DNA of 64,000 nucleotides, taken from NCBI GenBank assembly GCA_036172245.1, contig JAYWIR010000005.1, forward strand, positions 4,092,001 through 4,156,000, written 5' to 3'. Below the pieces are notes generated by a model, which ran no database searches, was not told the origin of the DNA, and saw only the letters and a program-made list of their open reading frames with translations. Each line of letters starts with the position of its first letter. Position 1 is the stretch's first letter. Shown here in pieces: positions 49,500-62,604 of this stretch. The stretch is from Raillietiella orientalis. Taxonomy: Eukaryota. The position numbers and the translations under genes are program-made.

Positions 49500-50130
49500 G
49501 ACGTGTGTCGCCGTTACGTAAGAGGATACACTCGTGTTGATTATAACTCGGATACAGGGAGGGCAGGATACGCTCCCTCAATCATAACTCATATAACTCG
49601 ATTTAGAATTCAGTTATTGCTCGATACTTTAATAATAGGCATCCCCCTTCTTCGAGTGTAATAAATTTATAACTTCACGTGGGACAGCCAAATAATCCGC
49701 AGGGATGTTCTGCAGCTCTGGAGTCTTGAAAAGACGCTATCCGTTACCAATCTGCGAATTATTCATTCGTAAACAACCGTAGGGTTAACAGCCAGCCGTG
49801 TTTGGTTTATCCTGTCAGAAAAGAGGTACGAAGTTTGTGCTCGCGAGGCAGAGCGGAGGCGATAATGTAAATACACAGGTCAGCGCAGCAGCCTCCATAA
49901 CCTCCGAAACAAAAATGATGGTCTTGGAATAAGGGGGAAAGAAGGAGGAAGAAGGAGGGAAAAAAGTTTTTTTCCCTTCTAAAGAGCCTTGTTCACGAGT
50001 TCTGGAAAACGCTGTTGCAGACGCCGGGATAAATTGCGGCTGCTGTTCGGATCACAGGAAGTCGGATAAAAGTAAATACAGCGGTAACTTTATTATCAGA
50101 TTTTATTAATAATCCACTCTGGGAGCAGCT
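49500..50130. promoter_or_regulatory. AT-rich island with clustered developmental transcription-factor-type motifs (candidate enhancer)
   Basis: Forkhead-type GTAAACA 49769-49775 and GTAAATA 49867-49873 and 50072-50078; K50-homeodomain TAATCC 49693-49698 and 50110-50115; several TAAT/TTTAT cores. No ORF of 60 aa or more in the track. Confidence 0.35.
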
Positions 50131-50534
50131 TAACGGTGGCAAAATTTGCCTTCAACAGTTTTTGCATGAACAGGCGCCTTCAGCTCGCATGCAAGTCTCT
50201 AATTCTGGCCATCTATATTCGGATACGTAAACTGCTACCTTGCATTTGTTTTCTCCAGCTTCCGCTAGGGTTCACCAAGAAGGTCCTGCAAGGAAACAAA
50301 AATTCATTCGTTCCTAATGAAAATTCGTATGCCGTGTCCTCTATGCTTGAAGAAAAGCCCCAATAACCCTGCTTGTTTTGGAATTTGCTTTCCCGACTCG
50401 TTTCCGATTCGAATTTTTCCACTTATTAGGCGAACGATCCCAACGCTGAGAAATCCCATAAAACGGATCATCGTTTCTTAGTGTTGGATGCCTTTTGCCA
50501 ATAGCTCCGTACTTCCCCTGGAAGTTAGTTCTTC

Positions 50535-50831
50535 TTAGCTTCCGAATCCGTACAGTGTACGTCGTCATTTCGAGGCGTACACGGCATCCCTAGCAGTCAC
50601 GGTCTTCCTCTTCGCACGCTCGGTGTGACAGCATCACGTTTTCCAGGAACACTTTCAAGACACCACGGGTTTCCTCGTAGATCAGTCCGGAGATGCGCTT
50701 CAGTCCACCACTGCGAGCCAAACGGCGGATAGTCTGCTTCGTGATTCCTTGAAGGTTGTCGCGCAACACCTTACGGTGACGCTTTGCGCCTCCTTTTCCC
50801 AGACCTTCACCGCCTTACCACGTCCAGTCAT
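50535..50831 (-). pseudogene. His4: Histone H4 pseudogene (solitary orphon)
   Basis: Minus strand reads [96 protein letters not shown]. It is 297 nt versus 312 nt for intact H4, consistent with deletions of 1, 7, 4 and 3 nt, plus an internal TGA. Confidence 0.96.
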
Positions 50832-53800
50832 TGTGTGCAACGCTACTCAACACTTTTCACACAAAAACTCAAGTTATTTCTTCAGGAGTGCTATGTCTGA
50901 AACTGCGCTTTGGTTCACAGCGGTGCTGATAGCCAAACCAGCCTGCCTGCCCACGAACTCGTTGGCGGGGCATGAGAAGCGGTGCTTCTCGTGCCAATCT
51001 TCACTGACGTTCTCTTAGAAGAAACGGTGCCTCCGCCTCGAGGAGCACACTGTTCAAGTCAGGCAATTTCCTCAACATGTTTTCCTGGAATGAGAGCTGG
51101 ATTCCACCGTTGCATGCTGTGGAAGCTCCACGAGATCAGAACGGAGTCGATCGGAACCAACTCGGTCAACACGCTCTTCGAGAGGAGAAAAGGGAGGTTT
51201 CCCTTTCGGTGGAAACCAACCTCCTTTCGAGGCGGAGAGAGCCATTCGCTTCGTGACCCCGAGAAGCCGCCCTCTGCTGCACGCGGAGGCAGACGATCCT
51301 TCTCGCGTTCGGAGAGGGCCGAATGAGAGAGAGGTGCTCTACACTTCTCTGGCTGAACGTGCAATCTGAGCTGTGGGGGACGCTGAAGAGATTCGCCTTC
51401 GATCGGTCGACAGGGAAGCGCAGAATTCGCAGAAGAACCAGCTTAAGGAACGGTTTCAGGTGACTAGAGCGAAGCGTCTCCAGAAAGTCATTCGCTTTCG
51501 TTGATGCTGGGAATTAAGACGGATTCGTTTTCCTCTTGCTCCGAGCAAATTTCTCTCTCGTCGTCCTTGAAGGAAGCGTGCCTTCCGCATCTGCTTGTCT
51601 TTTCAACGGGTCTCGAACCACTGGTGTAGAACAACGACCGTTCGTTCTGGTGCCTCTTGCGGATTCGAATGGATGGCGAAGGGTTGCGAGGTTCGGTCTC
51701 GCACCTGTGTGGCAGAGCAGAGCCGTGAAGTGGAGTTGTTCGAAAGAGGTGAGCAGCGCGTGCTACATCGTGCTGGTACCGGTGGATTTGGGGTCCGCTA
51801 ATCGCCTTCCGGCATCTCTCGCATCCACGGCTATCGCCATTGTTAGTAGCATCAGCAGCCAAACTAACCGCTTCCTTTATTCCCTTCTCCTCTCTTTCGA
51901 GGTCATTGCTGCATCTTTACAATGCGGAACGAAAAATCCGGTGGCGCATTTTTTCTTCCTTTCTTCTTCCTTTCCCCTCTCAACGGGGTGATTGCAGGCG
52001 TTTGCGTGCAGTCCGCCCGCAGGAACGCTTGAGGGTAGCAGCAGCCCTGGAAGCCCTAGAAGGCACTGCTGCAACCCGCGTTTTCCGTAAGAAGCGCACC
52101 TGTCTTCACGGGCGACAGCGGAAAGATCTCTCCTCCGTGTTCTTTCGAGTCGAGAAACGCACAACTCTCCGTCCATGGAGGAAGCCGACTGGCATCCCCA
52201 TCCGGCCGAGCCAGGCCACAGCAGGGGGACGCCCTCATTTGACGAGGGCGCCATCTGGGAAGACACCTCCGTCGAAGTCCCTTCCAGGTTCACGCCCCGG
52301 CATGTTCTTCTATCCGTGATCTTCAGGGAAAAGTGCACTTTCTCCTTGTCGTGTCGAGGGGCTTCGCTCCGGTCCAGCGCGCCTCTTTACCTGCTGAAAG
52401 ATGGCTGCGACCGCGGCGAAGAGCTGCGACTTTGCAAGGCGGAGCAGAGCCCGGGAAGAAGACATGGCAGTCATGCCGCGTCCACGGAGCCTGGGATCCA
52501 AGCAGGAGCGGAAGGCCGAAGCTCCTGGAAGGAACGCTGGAAGAATGGCTGGAGGTGGCGTTCGAGGGCGGCGGGCGTCCTGTGCGAATTGTTCAGATGC
52601 AACAGGCAACGGCACGCGTCGCAGCTCGTGCGCTCATCCTGCAGCAACGGAGCATCCGCAAGCAGCGGCTGAGGAACATGTCTCTGCTCTGTCCGGACCG
52701 GGACTGTTTTGTGCGGCGGCGGCTCCAGGGACCAGGTTCAGGATGGCTGTCGTCGTTTCTGGGGACGGCGGCACCGTCCGGAAGGGATATCCCTCGTGGA
52801 ATATCTCTCGGCTCATTCCTCGAGATGTTTGCATCCACCCTGGACAAAGGGGCAGCAGCAGAAAGCGGGACGATTCGACCCCCACCCCCATTCCGCATCT
52901 GAGAAGGTTTCGGAAACTCTTCTTCCTCCTCCCTCCTCGTCACGTTGCGTCTCTTGAGAGATGCCGGAAGGACACAGCCAGGAGCTCCCATTTGCAGGGA
53001 AGAGCAAAGAGCAGCGGGGGCTCTTTTAGAGGGGAGGGGAGGAGGTCTCAGGAGCTGCCCGGGAGCACGGACTGATTCCTTGAATTCAATCGCGTAGCGA
53101 TGTCTGGAGCTGGCGCGTCAGCTGGCCAGCCATCCGCCGAGGAATTTGGTCGCTCCTGCGATGGGGTGGAGAGCTCCCAGCCCATCGCCGGTGGGCATCT
53201 GCCATTACCCTCCCTTCCCGCCTTCAGCGTGGGAGATACCGCGTCAGAGAAGGTGGCGGACCGAGCGAGAGGCGCCGGGAAATGGTGGGGACAGGCGTGT
53301 GCCCTCCGAGTCCATCGTGTAGCTCGGGGTCTGTGACAGCATCTGGAGTCAGCTGGAGGCTATGCCTCCCTGACAAACCACGCGCCAGCAAGCGTCTCCG
53401 ACTCGAGACGTGGCCCGCAGCAAAGGGCACTTGGCCTCTCATCCAGAAGTACACGTGCTGCTACCTTCCTTAATCAGACAGGGCATCGTTCCGGTGCCTG
53501 GGCCTCAAGGAGTCATCCGCGGATGCAGCGAAGCGCCACCGGGTGGACGTCTGGAGAAACCTGGGGCACCCCTGCAAGAAAAGGATCCGAAGATCCTTTC
53601 CGGCAGAGTGACACTTTCGGAGCACCTCCTGGGTCGATCTCTCGTCTATCCTTTGGCCTAAGCACTTCAGGGAGAGGAAGGGAAGGGAGGGGGACGGGCT
53701 GCATCTCAGGGAAGGAGAACCTCTGGTGCATGGAGGCATCCAAAGGTGCGCGTCGAGCGCTTCCATGTAGGCCGCCGTTTGCCTGCTAGCGGGTTCCAGG

Positions 53801-56800
53801 CTCACTAGGGATGTCTCGTCTCCGCGCGAATCACCGGCTGGACAGCAGGAGGGACGTGTCGGTGAGTGGCGCTGCCGAAGAGACCACAGCAGCCGCGGCG
53901 ACGGCGGACAGGGGCGGACGCTGGAGGGGTACCGGAGATAACGCCGGACCATGGAGGCATCCTATGCGGCAGCGGAGCCCGGATGCTGCCGCTGGAGGAG
54001 GAAGTTCAGGCTCTCGGGCAGCACTTTCGCGCACTCCCCCGCATCCCACTTTCCGCCGTTTCGCACGAGGGGCCGCGCCTTCGCCGCGGATTCATCCGCC
54101 GCATGCGCGGGGGGAGATCCCGTTACCTTGAATAAGGCCGGTTCAAAAGAGCAACCGATGCCGGCTACGATCCGCAGTTTCGTAGCGGGGAGTTGCCATG
54201 GCTTCTCTCACTTCGTTCTCTTTCCTTCAGAGGATTGGAAATCGAGTTCTGCGCTTGCCGCCAAAGAAAAAAAAAGGAAGGAGAGAAGATTTGGCGGGAG
54301 CCGACGCAGAGGTCCGCGCAGTTTTGGGGGAGCCTTCCCCATCGAAGTCCCTTCCAGGTTCCGTCCCGGCGCTCCTGTATTCCTCTGTCCGTGCTCTTCA
54401 GAAAAGTCGTGTCCACGGCTTCGTTTGGGGTCAGAGGGAGAGATTGCACGGAGATAGACTGCAGCATCTCCATCCCGAGGAAGATGCCGATGGGAAATGT
54501 CGGGTGGCGGGGACTCCTTCCTCATCTCCTCCTTCATTTTGCCGATCCGTGTAAAGATTCCTCCATCTTTTATTCCCTGACGAATCGCTTTTGCCCGTGC
54601 GTGAGCCGTACGAATCCCACCCGGAAGTCCACGGACTCAAATCCGTGCAACAGGGTCACGATGGAAAACCCGAGCGGGAAAGGAGAGAGATCTTCCTACT
54701 CTCTGGCGGCTTGGAAGATCTCGGGGAAAAGCGCGGGATTCCCCTGCAACCTTCTGGGCCATCCCGACACACCCTCAGCAGCAGCAGCGCTCTCAAGAGG
54801 ATCACATCTTTCGATGCCCCTTCCCGTTCAAGGACCAGGGAGCCCTACCGGACACCGCGCCATGGCGGGGAGAGCTCCCCTCGAGGGCACTGTCCTGGGT
54901 TCATCCTTCCTTCCAAAACCAACGAAAGTCGCGTGCCGCTGGACCCTGGCGCTCGTCTTCGAGCGCGCCGTAGGTCGATCAGCGCCGGGCGGTCTAAATT
55001 CGCGAGCCTACGTTCAGGTGGTCAAGAAGATGCTCTTGGCCACCCGAGTGCTCTCGTCCCCGTTTTTCTCCCTCTCTGTAGCCGGCGGCGGTGTCGCACC
55101 GCCGCCACCGCCCGCGGCGGCAAGGAGACCCGCGAGTCGGAAAAATCGAAAGCCGAGTGTCTGCCGGCCCGTTCCGAGGCGCGGGAGAAGGAGGTTTCCA
55201 TGGTTGCCAGGTCGCGAGGGGAGATGCGTGAGAAGGAGTTTCTCCTTCCCACGCCTCTGCCACGATAGCGGAGAGACGACGCAGCGCTTCCCTGCAGCCC
55301 CTTCCCTCCGGGACTCTCGACCCGGCTGGGGAACCGCGGCGATCCTAGGAAGGGGAGATGCACTTGGGACCGCGGGGCACCCTGAAAACGTTCCCATGCT
55401 TTAGCTAACGAGGGGGGGGGGGGGGGCGCAATGCGGCACACCGGGAAGCCAGAGCGTTTCTCGGGGATCAGTTTCCCGCCAGGAGGATCCAATGGAAGGA
55501 AAACTCGCGGGCTGCACGAGCGAGGATCTGACCGGAAATTGAGGAACGAGGGAAGGGGTCCGTTGGGATTTGCGGGATGGAATGATTTACAGATAGTTGC
55601 CAGGAACAAAGATTTTACTGGGGGGAAGAGGAGGTTTCCAAGGACCACGGCAAGGAACATTCGCGAACTCGCCCTTTTCTTCTTGGCTCTGGTCGCTGCT
55701 TGGGTCCACCGAGAAGTCGCTGTCGTCCTCTTCGCTCTCGGTCGTCCGATGTCCCCCAGGGGCAGAGAAGGGTCACTGGAGGCGGTGACAGCAAAGAGGG
55801 GTTGGGGACGTTCGGTCGTCCTGGGTCACTGAAGGGCAGCGATGGGTCCCGAGAGCCCGGAAAGCACGTAACGCACCTCGCTGCGGTCCCATCCCCACTG
55901 CCCCTTTTTTCGCTTCCCGGGAACGGACGCTTCCTCTTCCGTTCTGGAAAACCCAGGTCTCCTTGGGAGTAGGCGGGGAGCGGCCGGAGCGCTCATCCCA
56001 ACGAATGGAACAGAAAGAAGGATGCCCCGGGCTGGTTGGCTGGTTGCCAGAGCGGCTTCTCTGCGCGCGGGAGATGGCGGTGGGCGGTACTGCAGCTCTC
56101 ACGCTTTGTTCGCGGGTTTCCCGCCACCTGCAGCGGCAGCCCTCGGGGCTGACCCTCGCCCGACGCCTTTGACCAGCAACCTTTTGAGTTTTCGGCGGAA
56201 GTCCCACCTGGGAAAGAGGAGCAGCGTCACAGGAGCGTACCCTCTTCCAGGAAGCGCCTGCTGCTCGCTAGCCCGGCCCTGGCAGGACGGCCTTCAGGAG
56301 CGGACACGCTGTCCCCTTCAGGAGCGAAGAAGAGGAGAGTCCTCATGAAGCAGCATCTCCTTCGCTTCCAGGAGGCAGAGAGGCTCCCTACGCCTCCATC
56401 ACGTGATCAGGGAAGGGATACCTTGTGCGATTTCCGAGCAGAGGTCTGTTCTCCCCTCCTCGGGAACTCGGGAGGCGCTTGGTGGCCTTGACTGTCCTGC
56501 CGTAGTGGCACCACCACAGCGCACTGATTCGTGTCCTCGGGAAGAGTTGACCTGTCCGGAGTTCTTCCCAGAAGGCGCTCCGAGGATGCTTGCCAGCCTC
56601 CTTCGTTTGGTTCCCGGATTCACGCGGCCATTCAGCAACCCCCCCACCCCCACCCGCCTTTGGTCTCGGCAGGACGGAGGGCGAGCCCCGAGCCTTCGCG
56701 CGTTCCACGCTCTCAGACAGCAGGACTGGGAAAGACGAAATAACACTATGGCAACGGTCTCCCCCTCCTTCTTGCACTGAGTCATCCCATTCACCTCCTT

Positions 56801-59800
56801 TGCAGCTTCCGCAGGCGGTACCCCTCCACCCCTTCCAGGTCACTCGTTCCTCCTGGTAGGCCGCGACGAAGGGGAGCAGGGAGGTGATCCGTGCTCATCT
56901 CCGCCTCCGCTCTTCCCTCCCGGATGTTTCCTGAAGCGGCGGGCGGCAGCTTCCGGCCCGACAGGAGGCCTCGCCCTTCGGGATCCTCTCGCTCTCCCTC
57001 GCCTGCGGCTGGAGGGAGGGAGACAGGTAGCTTCCCCGTGGGAGTGCTCAGGAGCACACTCGTCTCTGACGACCCCCAATCGTCCCGCGCCCTCAGAGGG
57101 CCCTTCCACGAGGGGAGACCCCTGCCTCTCGCTCACCTCCAGCGCTCCCGGCACCCGGAGACCTCGGCCTTTGCTGTCGAAAAAGCGGGACCAGGGAGTC
57201 ATCGTTGCGCACCCCGGAGGCAGCGTTTCCCCTCCGGGACCGTCCCTCCCCTTTCCGGGAACTCCCCACGCTCTACGTAAAGTGGCACTTCCCTTCCTAC
57301 TTTGGGCCCGCGCTCTGCCGCCGTGGACTCGTTTCTCCGGGAGCCCCTGTCGTCCGGCATCTGCCGGAGCCCCGAAGCCCCTCCTAGGGCTCCTCCCACT
57401 CACTCGCCGTGAGGCCTCGCTAGGCCGAGCACCTCTAAATGCCACGCTCGGTGCCAGGTTGCCGGCGCGTCCGCTCACCCACGCCACGCTTCTCGTCCGG
57501 CTCCGTCCAGGGAAGCGTCCTCCCCCGCAGTATCAGTGGGAGGACTCCCGGAATAATGTTGCCGGAGCCTTCTTTCCCCGAGCAGGATTCACTCTCCTGG
57601 ACGCCACGCATGGGCAGTGCACGGGCAGTGCGAAAGTGGGAGGACATGGGGGCGCGGTCGTCCCCTTCCTAGAGTGCTGCTGCGCGCGGACATCGGGGAT
57701 CCTTCGGGCGCGCGCATCCCATCCCTTCCGTGGCCTTCCTCCTTCACCTGGACACACTACAGCTGGCAGCTTCACCCTCCTGGGACTGTGGGCCTATGAA
57801 AGGAGACCCTACCAGGTTTCTTGGATGAGTCGGTGCAACTCGGCTGCTCCTGCGCCTGCGCGCGCTTGCTTGCCGGCTATGTTCTTGCTGGAGCACCCGT
57901 TCCCCCTCGTTCCTGCTGTGGAACTATGCGGGTACGCGAAGGGTGATGAGACACACGTGATCTCGACGAGTCGCTGACCTCCCAGGAAGTCTCTTCCGCG
58001 CAGCCCGGATCGCGAATAGGGAAAGGTAGGGGACAGCTGAGGTGACACATTTCCTCCCTACCTTCTCTTTTCACATCCCCTTCCTCTCCCACCTCCCTTC
58101 TTTCCTCCTTCTTCTCCCTCCCTCCTCCTCGCTTTCTCCATTCCTCCTCTTTTTCTCTTTCCTTCCTCCCCTTTCTCTTTTCCTCCTTTTCCTGCTTTAG
58201 GGAGGCCGCGGCTCCAGGACTGGAGAGGCGCGCGGACCATGTTGCTTAGTTTCCTGAAAATGTTGGAGGAGGAAGATTAGCCGCCACAGCGGGAGAGGAG
58301 TCCTCCGGGGAACCACCCTGGCCTCTCGCGATGCGCGACCGGGAGAGGGAGGGGAAGAGAGGTAGCGGATTTCGCCAGCCCGTTCCGCGTGATGGAGCGG
58401 GACGCGGCCTTCCTGTCCCGGAAACTCCGGGAAAGCGACGCCCTGCCATAGTAGCGCGCGTTCAGAGATGGGTGGAAGGGTCGTCGAACCCAGGAAGATC
58501 CGCCTGGAGCGTCGGAGGACTCCTGCGCGGGAAATCCTGTTCCCTCCCTGGATGCACCGCCCTTATCCTCCTCCTTCCCGCATTCGTATGCTCGGGCGGG
58601 AGGAGGAAGAGGAACCGGAACGACTTCCCCGGGGTACACTGCTGTCGCGGCAGGCAGCCCAGAGTGGGCGGATTCAAGGTCACTCGCGCGCCTGCGGCTC
58701 CTCCTGCCGTTTTCTCCGCGCACTGGAAAGAAGACGAAGAGAAAGGGGGGGGAGGGATGCAGAGATGCAAGGTTTTCATTCAATGGGAGGAGAGGGTGCA
58801 CCCTCCTACTGCCACCGGGTGGTGAAGAATGCCGGCTTCATCTCCGGTACCACCCAAGGGGAGAGCTCGCAGCTGTTTGCCCCAGGGATGGGCAAATGGG
58901 CACCGGGATCCAGAATCCCGTGGTGCATATCCGGAGGGAAAGGCAGGCTGCCTTCCTTCGCCTCTTCCTCCTTCCCGACCGTCCCTAGCGCCCATGACCC
59001 CGGCGAGAAGAGTCCTGCCTGTTCGAGGGGAGTCCCGCCTCTCGGCCTCTCGGTATGCCTACGCAGAAACGCGCGACCTCCGCCATAAGGAGGCAGCGTC
59101 TGGGAGGGTGCCTTCTCTCTCGCCGGTCTGCAGGAGCGCCGGCTGGTGGCGCGGCGGCGCGGATAGCGCTGGCACCAGAGTGCGGAGTCAATATTGGTCC
59201 CCATGGCTCTGAAGGTCTCGCAGGGATGCCAGCCAGCCGCGGAGAAAGGGGGTGGCGGTGAGTCAGGGCTATTCAGGCCGGGAGGAGAGGGAGAAAGCAT
59301 CTGCCTTCCCTCCACTTCGCTCTTCCCCTCCTCGCGTTGTCATGGAGACCAAGGAAGGCACCTCCGGCTACTTGCAAGGGAGGCACGCATGCCCCGGGAC
59401 GGCACGTCTGTGCACGCCGGACGACCTGGAGCCGTTTCTCCTGGGAGGCTGAGACAGAGGAAAGGAGGAGGGAGCCTCTGCTAGGCCGCCCTGAGGCCTG
59501 TGGGGCGGGACTGGATCCTCGCCGTGCACCCGACCAGCCGCGCCGGGATGGAGAAAAGGCCCGGCGGCGTCGAGGTCACCGGGAGGCTACGCCGCAGCTG
59601 CCGCCGGGAAGAGGGCGTGTCTGCGGGCTGCAAGAGCACGGAGCAGACGGAGGGGGGGGGGGCAAAGCGGGAGGCACGCGCGCGGCGAGAGCACAATGCG
59701 GCGGCATCCGCACGCCGGTGGCTCGGCGCGCCACTCCTCGCTCTCCGAGAGCGCGTCGGCACGCAGGTTGGGAGAGGAGGAGGAGTCCGCAGGGTGTTCC

Positions 59801-59950
59801 CGTCCCACCCCTTGCTTTTGCCTTCAACGCCATCTCGGAAGACGTCCGCAGCATCCGCAGCGGAGCCGTCTCTCGGGCAGAGTAGGTCACTCGGGCAAAC
59901 GCGGCGGCCGCGGCGGCGCCCGACAAGCTAGCGCGTGCGAGCGTGCCCGG

Positions 59951-60427
59951 ATGCGTCCAGCAGGCAGCACCTCCCTCGGAAAGCCCTCTCTCCCCCTCCC
60001 TCCCATCTTCCGCGAGGAGAGCTCCATCCGCGCTGCCGCGACGGAGAGGTCGGATGCTGCTGGCAGCGGGCACCAGTCTGAGGACGCGCCGCTCTCGCGG
60101 CGGCGGCGAATGAGGGCAGCGAACGAGGTCAGCGCCAGCGACGATCCGCCGCCGCCATCTCCAGGCGAGGAAGGCGACGATCAGTGCGCACGGGCGCCCC
60201 GATCCCCAGTCCGGCGCCCTCCTCCTCCCCAGCTTCTCCCCCTGCTGGAGCCCGGAGAAGGGGCGCATCCCCGCCCCCAGCCACCAGCTGCCTCCCTTGC
60301 TGCCCCTCTAATGCCCAACGCGCGCAGCAAGCGGGCCCACAGGAGCGCCTTCCGCGACCTGGTTCGGCCACTCTCCTCCAAAGCCGTCCAGCTCTCCTCC
60401 AGGATACGCAAGGGCGCCACCGCGCAG
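59951..60427 (+). CDS. Candidate (first?) coding exon of an unidentified gene; Pro/Ser-rich and disordered
   Basis: Encodes MRPAGSTSLGKPSLPLPPIFREESSIRAAATERSD...RSAFRDLVRPLSSKAVQLSSRIRKGATAQ and ends at a strong donor CAG|GTGAGA (phase 0), compatible with the acceptor ending at 62604. The start is uncertain (in-frame ATGs at 59696, 59951 and later). Confidence 0.4.
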
Positions 60428-62604
60428 GTGAGAGGGAGGACAAGGGGGTGGGCAGGGATGGAAGGAGGGGACCTCGCTCGCTCCCGCGGGAGCTCCCGAG
60501 TTCTGCCGGCCAGCGGCACAGGGCCACCTTTCCTCCCACGGGCCCTTCTTTCCCTCCCTGCCCTGAGGGTGACCGCGTGCGTGCCTTTCGCTTTGCCCTT
60601 CCCCCGGCCTTCTCCGGGACTCCAAGCGAACGGGGAAGGGAGCTCCCGAGTAGGTCCACGGAAACAGCTGCGCCTTGGAAGTCTTGGGTATCCGGCGCTG
60701 CCGGCGAGCGCTCTCGTCGAGGGGCCGGGTCGTGGGAGGGCTCTGGAGAGGAGGTGGGTGGGAAGATGGGAACTCCAGGGAGGGAAGGGACCCCGCCAAG
60801 TCGTTTCCAAGCGCCTCTCCCTGGAGCGGCGGGCGAGAGCACGGCGGTTCTCAGGCGCCTCCTCCAGCATCCTTCCTACCGCCCTTCTCCCATCTCCCTC
60901 CGGCAACGAAACTTCAGATTTTCATCTTTCCCATCCATGGCCGCTTCAGAGGAGTCACGGCTCGGAAGAGGAGACCGGACCGCCTTTCAGGAAGAGCGGG
61001 ATGCGCTCTCCCCCATTCCCCTACGTCCCTTCCCAGGACGCGGTCCCGGAGCTGGAGCGAGCCGTGACAAGCCGCCGCTCCGTGGCGCCAAGGTCATTCT
61101 TTCTCCGACTGGAACAGGTCGGATGATCAGCGTCCCCCGGAGTTCACAGACTCCCCAGAGAGCAAGCTGGGAGTTCCAGGGGCAGCCCCAGCTCCCTCCA
61201 GACCCCCAAGTTTGATCTCGAAGGCCCTTAGGAGCGGTGGGAGGGGAAGGGTATGGGAGTCCAGCGTTCTCCGCCCGGTATTCGATCTTATTCGGCATCT
61301 CCCGCATCGATGCCTCGCGACTCCGAGCTTCCTTTCCGAGGAGCCGTGGGACTGGTCCGTCGCCGGGCAACAGCTTCGGGTAGGGGAGACTGTGGTGGAG
61401 AAACGCAAAGCGGATTCAGGGATTCCCCAGTCTTCCTGGGGATGTGCCGGTCGTGGTTCCTCGGCGACGAGCTGGAAGAAGGGAGCGGTAGCTCCGTGGG
61501 CTCGGGCCGCCGGAGAGTTTGCGTTCGGCTGCCTCGCCCGCCTGCCACCTGGCGGGAGCGCAGCGCTCGCAAGCGAGCGACTGCCTCTCTGGCTTCGCGC
61601 GCGGTTCACTGCTCTCCTGGAGGGGGGACGCCCAGGGCGGTGCCTCTCCGCGCGCCGGCTCGTGCAGGAAGCGCCGCCTCCCTCGTTGCGTGAGACGAGG
61701 TACGTCGGGAGCTCCACTCCTGGATGCGCAGGAGCCAGAGACCCACGTGGTATCGCTCCTGAGCGTCCAGGAGTGCCCTCAGGCCCACGACCGAGAATAT
61801 CCAGCTGCTCCTGGTCTCCTTCCGGCCCGAGCAACTCAAATTCCTGGTCCGGGAGCTGCCAAGCACGACTCTCTCCCACAGTTCTCCCATTTTACCCCTA
61901 CCCAAACGGGCCTTCTCTATCACCCCCATTTCTTCCCTACGCGGATCGATGTTCCTCCACAGAATTCCCCCTCCGTTCCTCTCAGAGAATACTGAGCCTG
62001 TCTCCCTTACTGTGCCACGCCGGGTATTTCCTCGCCACCTCGCTGTCCGGGTGCTGCGCAAGAAAGGCGTCGCGCGCACGACTGCCGCGTCATCGGAGAA
62101 GAGGGAGGGAATTGAGGAGAGAGGAAGTCGAACGTCCATTCTGTGCTCTTCCGATCCCCCCTCTCCCCCCGCTTTGCTTCGGTGGCTCATGAGCGGCGTG
62201 ATGGCAGCTACGGAAGCTGCCAATGCCCTGAAGTCAAGCGAGGTCGCCAGTCCACATCCCTCTTGTTGATTTTCCCTTCTCCTTCTCTTCTTCCATCCTA
62301 GCAAAGCAGCGGCATCTTTGCAGCCGTCTCGGTTCCCGATTTCTCCCGACTTCCTTCCTCCTTCAGATGGAAAAGAGGGGATGGCCGTGTCTGGCACCTT
62401 GCTCTGGACAAAGAAAACTTTTCCCAACAAGGGGAAAGGGAACGTCATGGTCACTTACAATTCCCCCTTCCTCCTCTTCCTTTACCTTTCCTCCTTCCTC
62501 TTCCCTTCCTCTTCCTTTCCTCTTTCCTCTTTCCTTCCTCTTCTTTTCCTCCCGTGCTTCCCGTTGTCTCCGCACGCTCGAGGAAAACAACAGATGTCTT
62601 TCAG

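Noticed and set aside
50893..50907. ATGTCTGAAACTGCG (MSETA) as a divergent histone H1 start next to H4
   Set aside because: Similarity stops after five residues; no Lys/Ala-rich or globular H1 sequence follows.
29219..59000. Numerous long overlapping ORFs (e.g. 29219-30454, 34064-35419, 44338-45504, 47003-48289, 54193-55404)
   Set aside because: They are Arg/Gly/Pro/Ser-rich, open on both strands, cross homopolymer tracts and contain no recognisable domain, as expected from stop-codon scarcity at high GC. Small real exons could still be hidden here.
61381..61438. TAGGGGAGACTG...CAGTCTTCCT as the terminal inverted repeats of a MITE
   Set aside because: The match is short and imperfect, spans under 60 nt, and has no clear target-site duplication.
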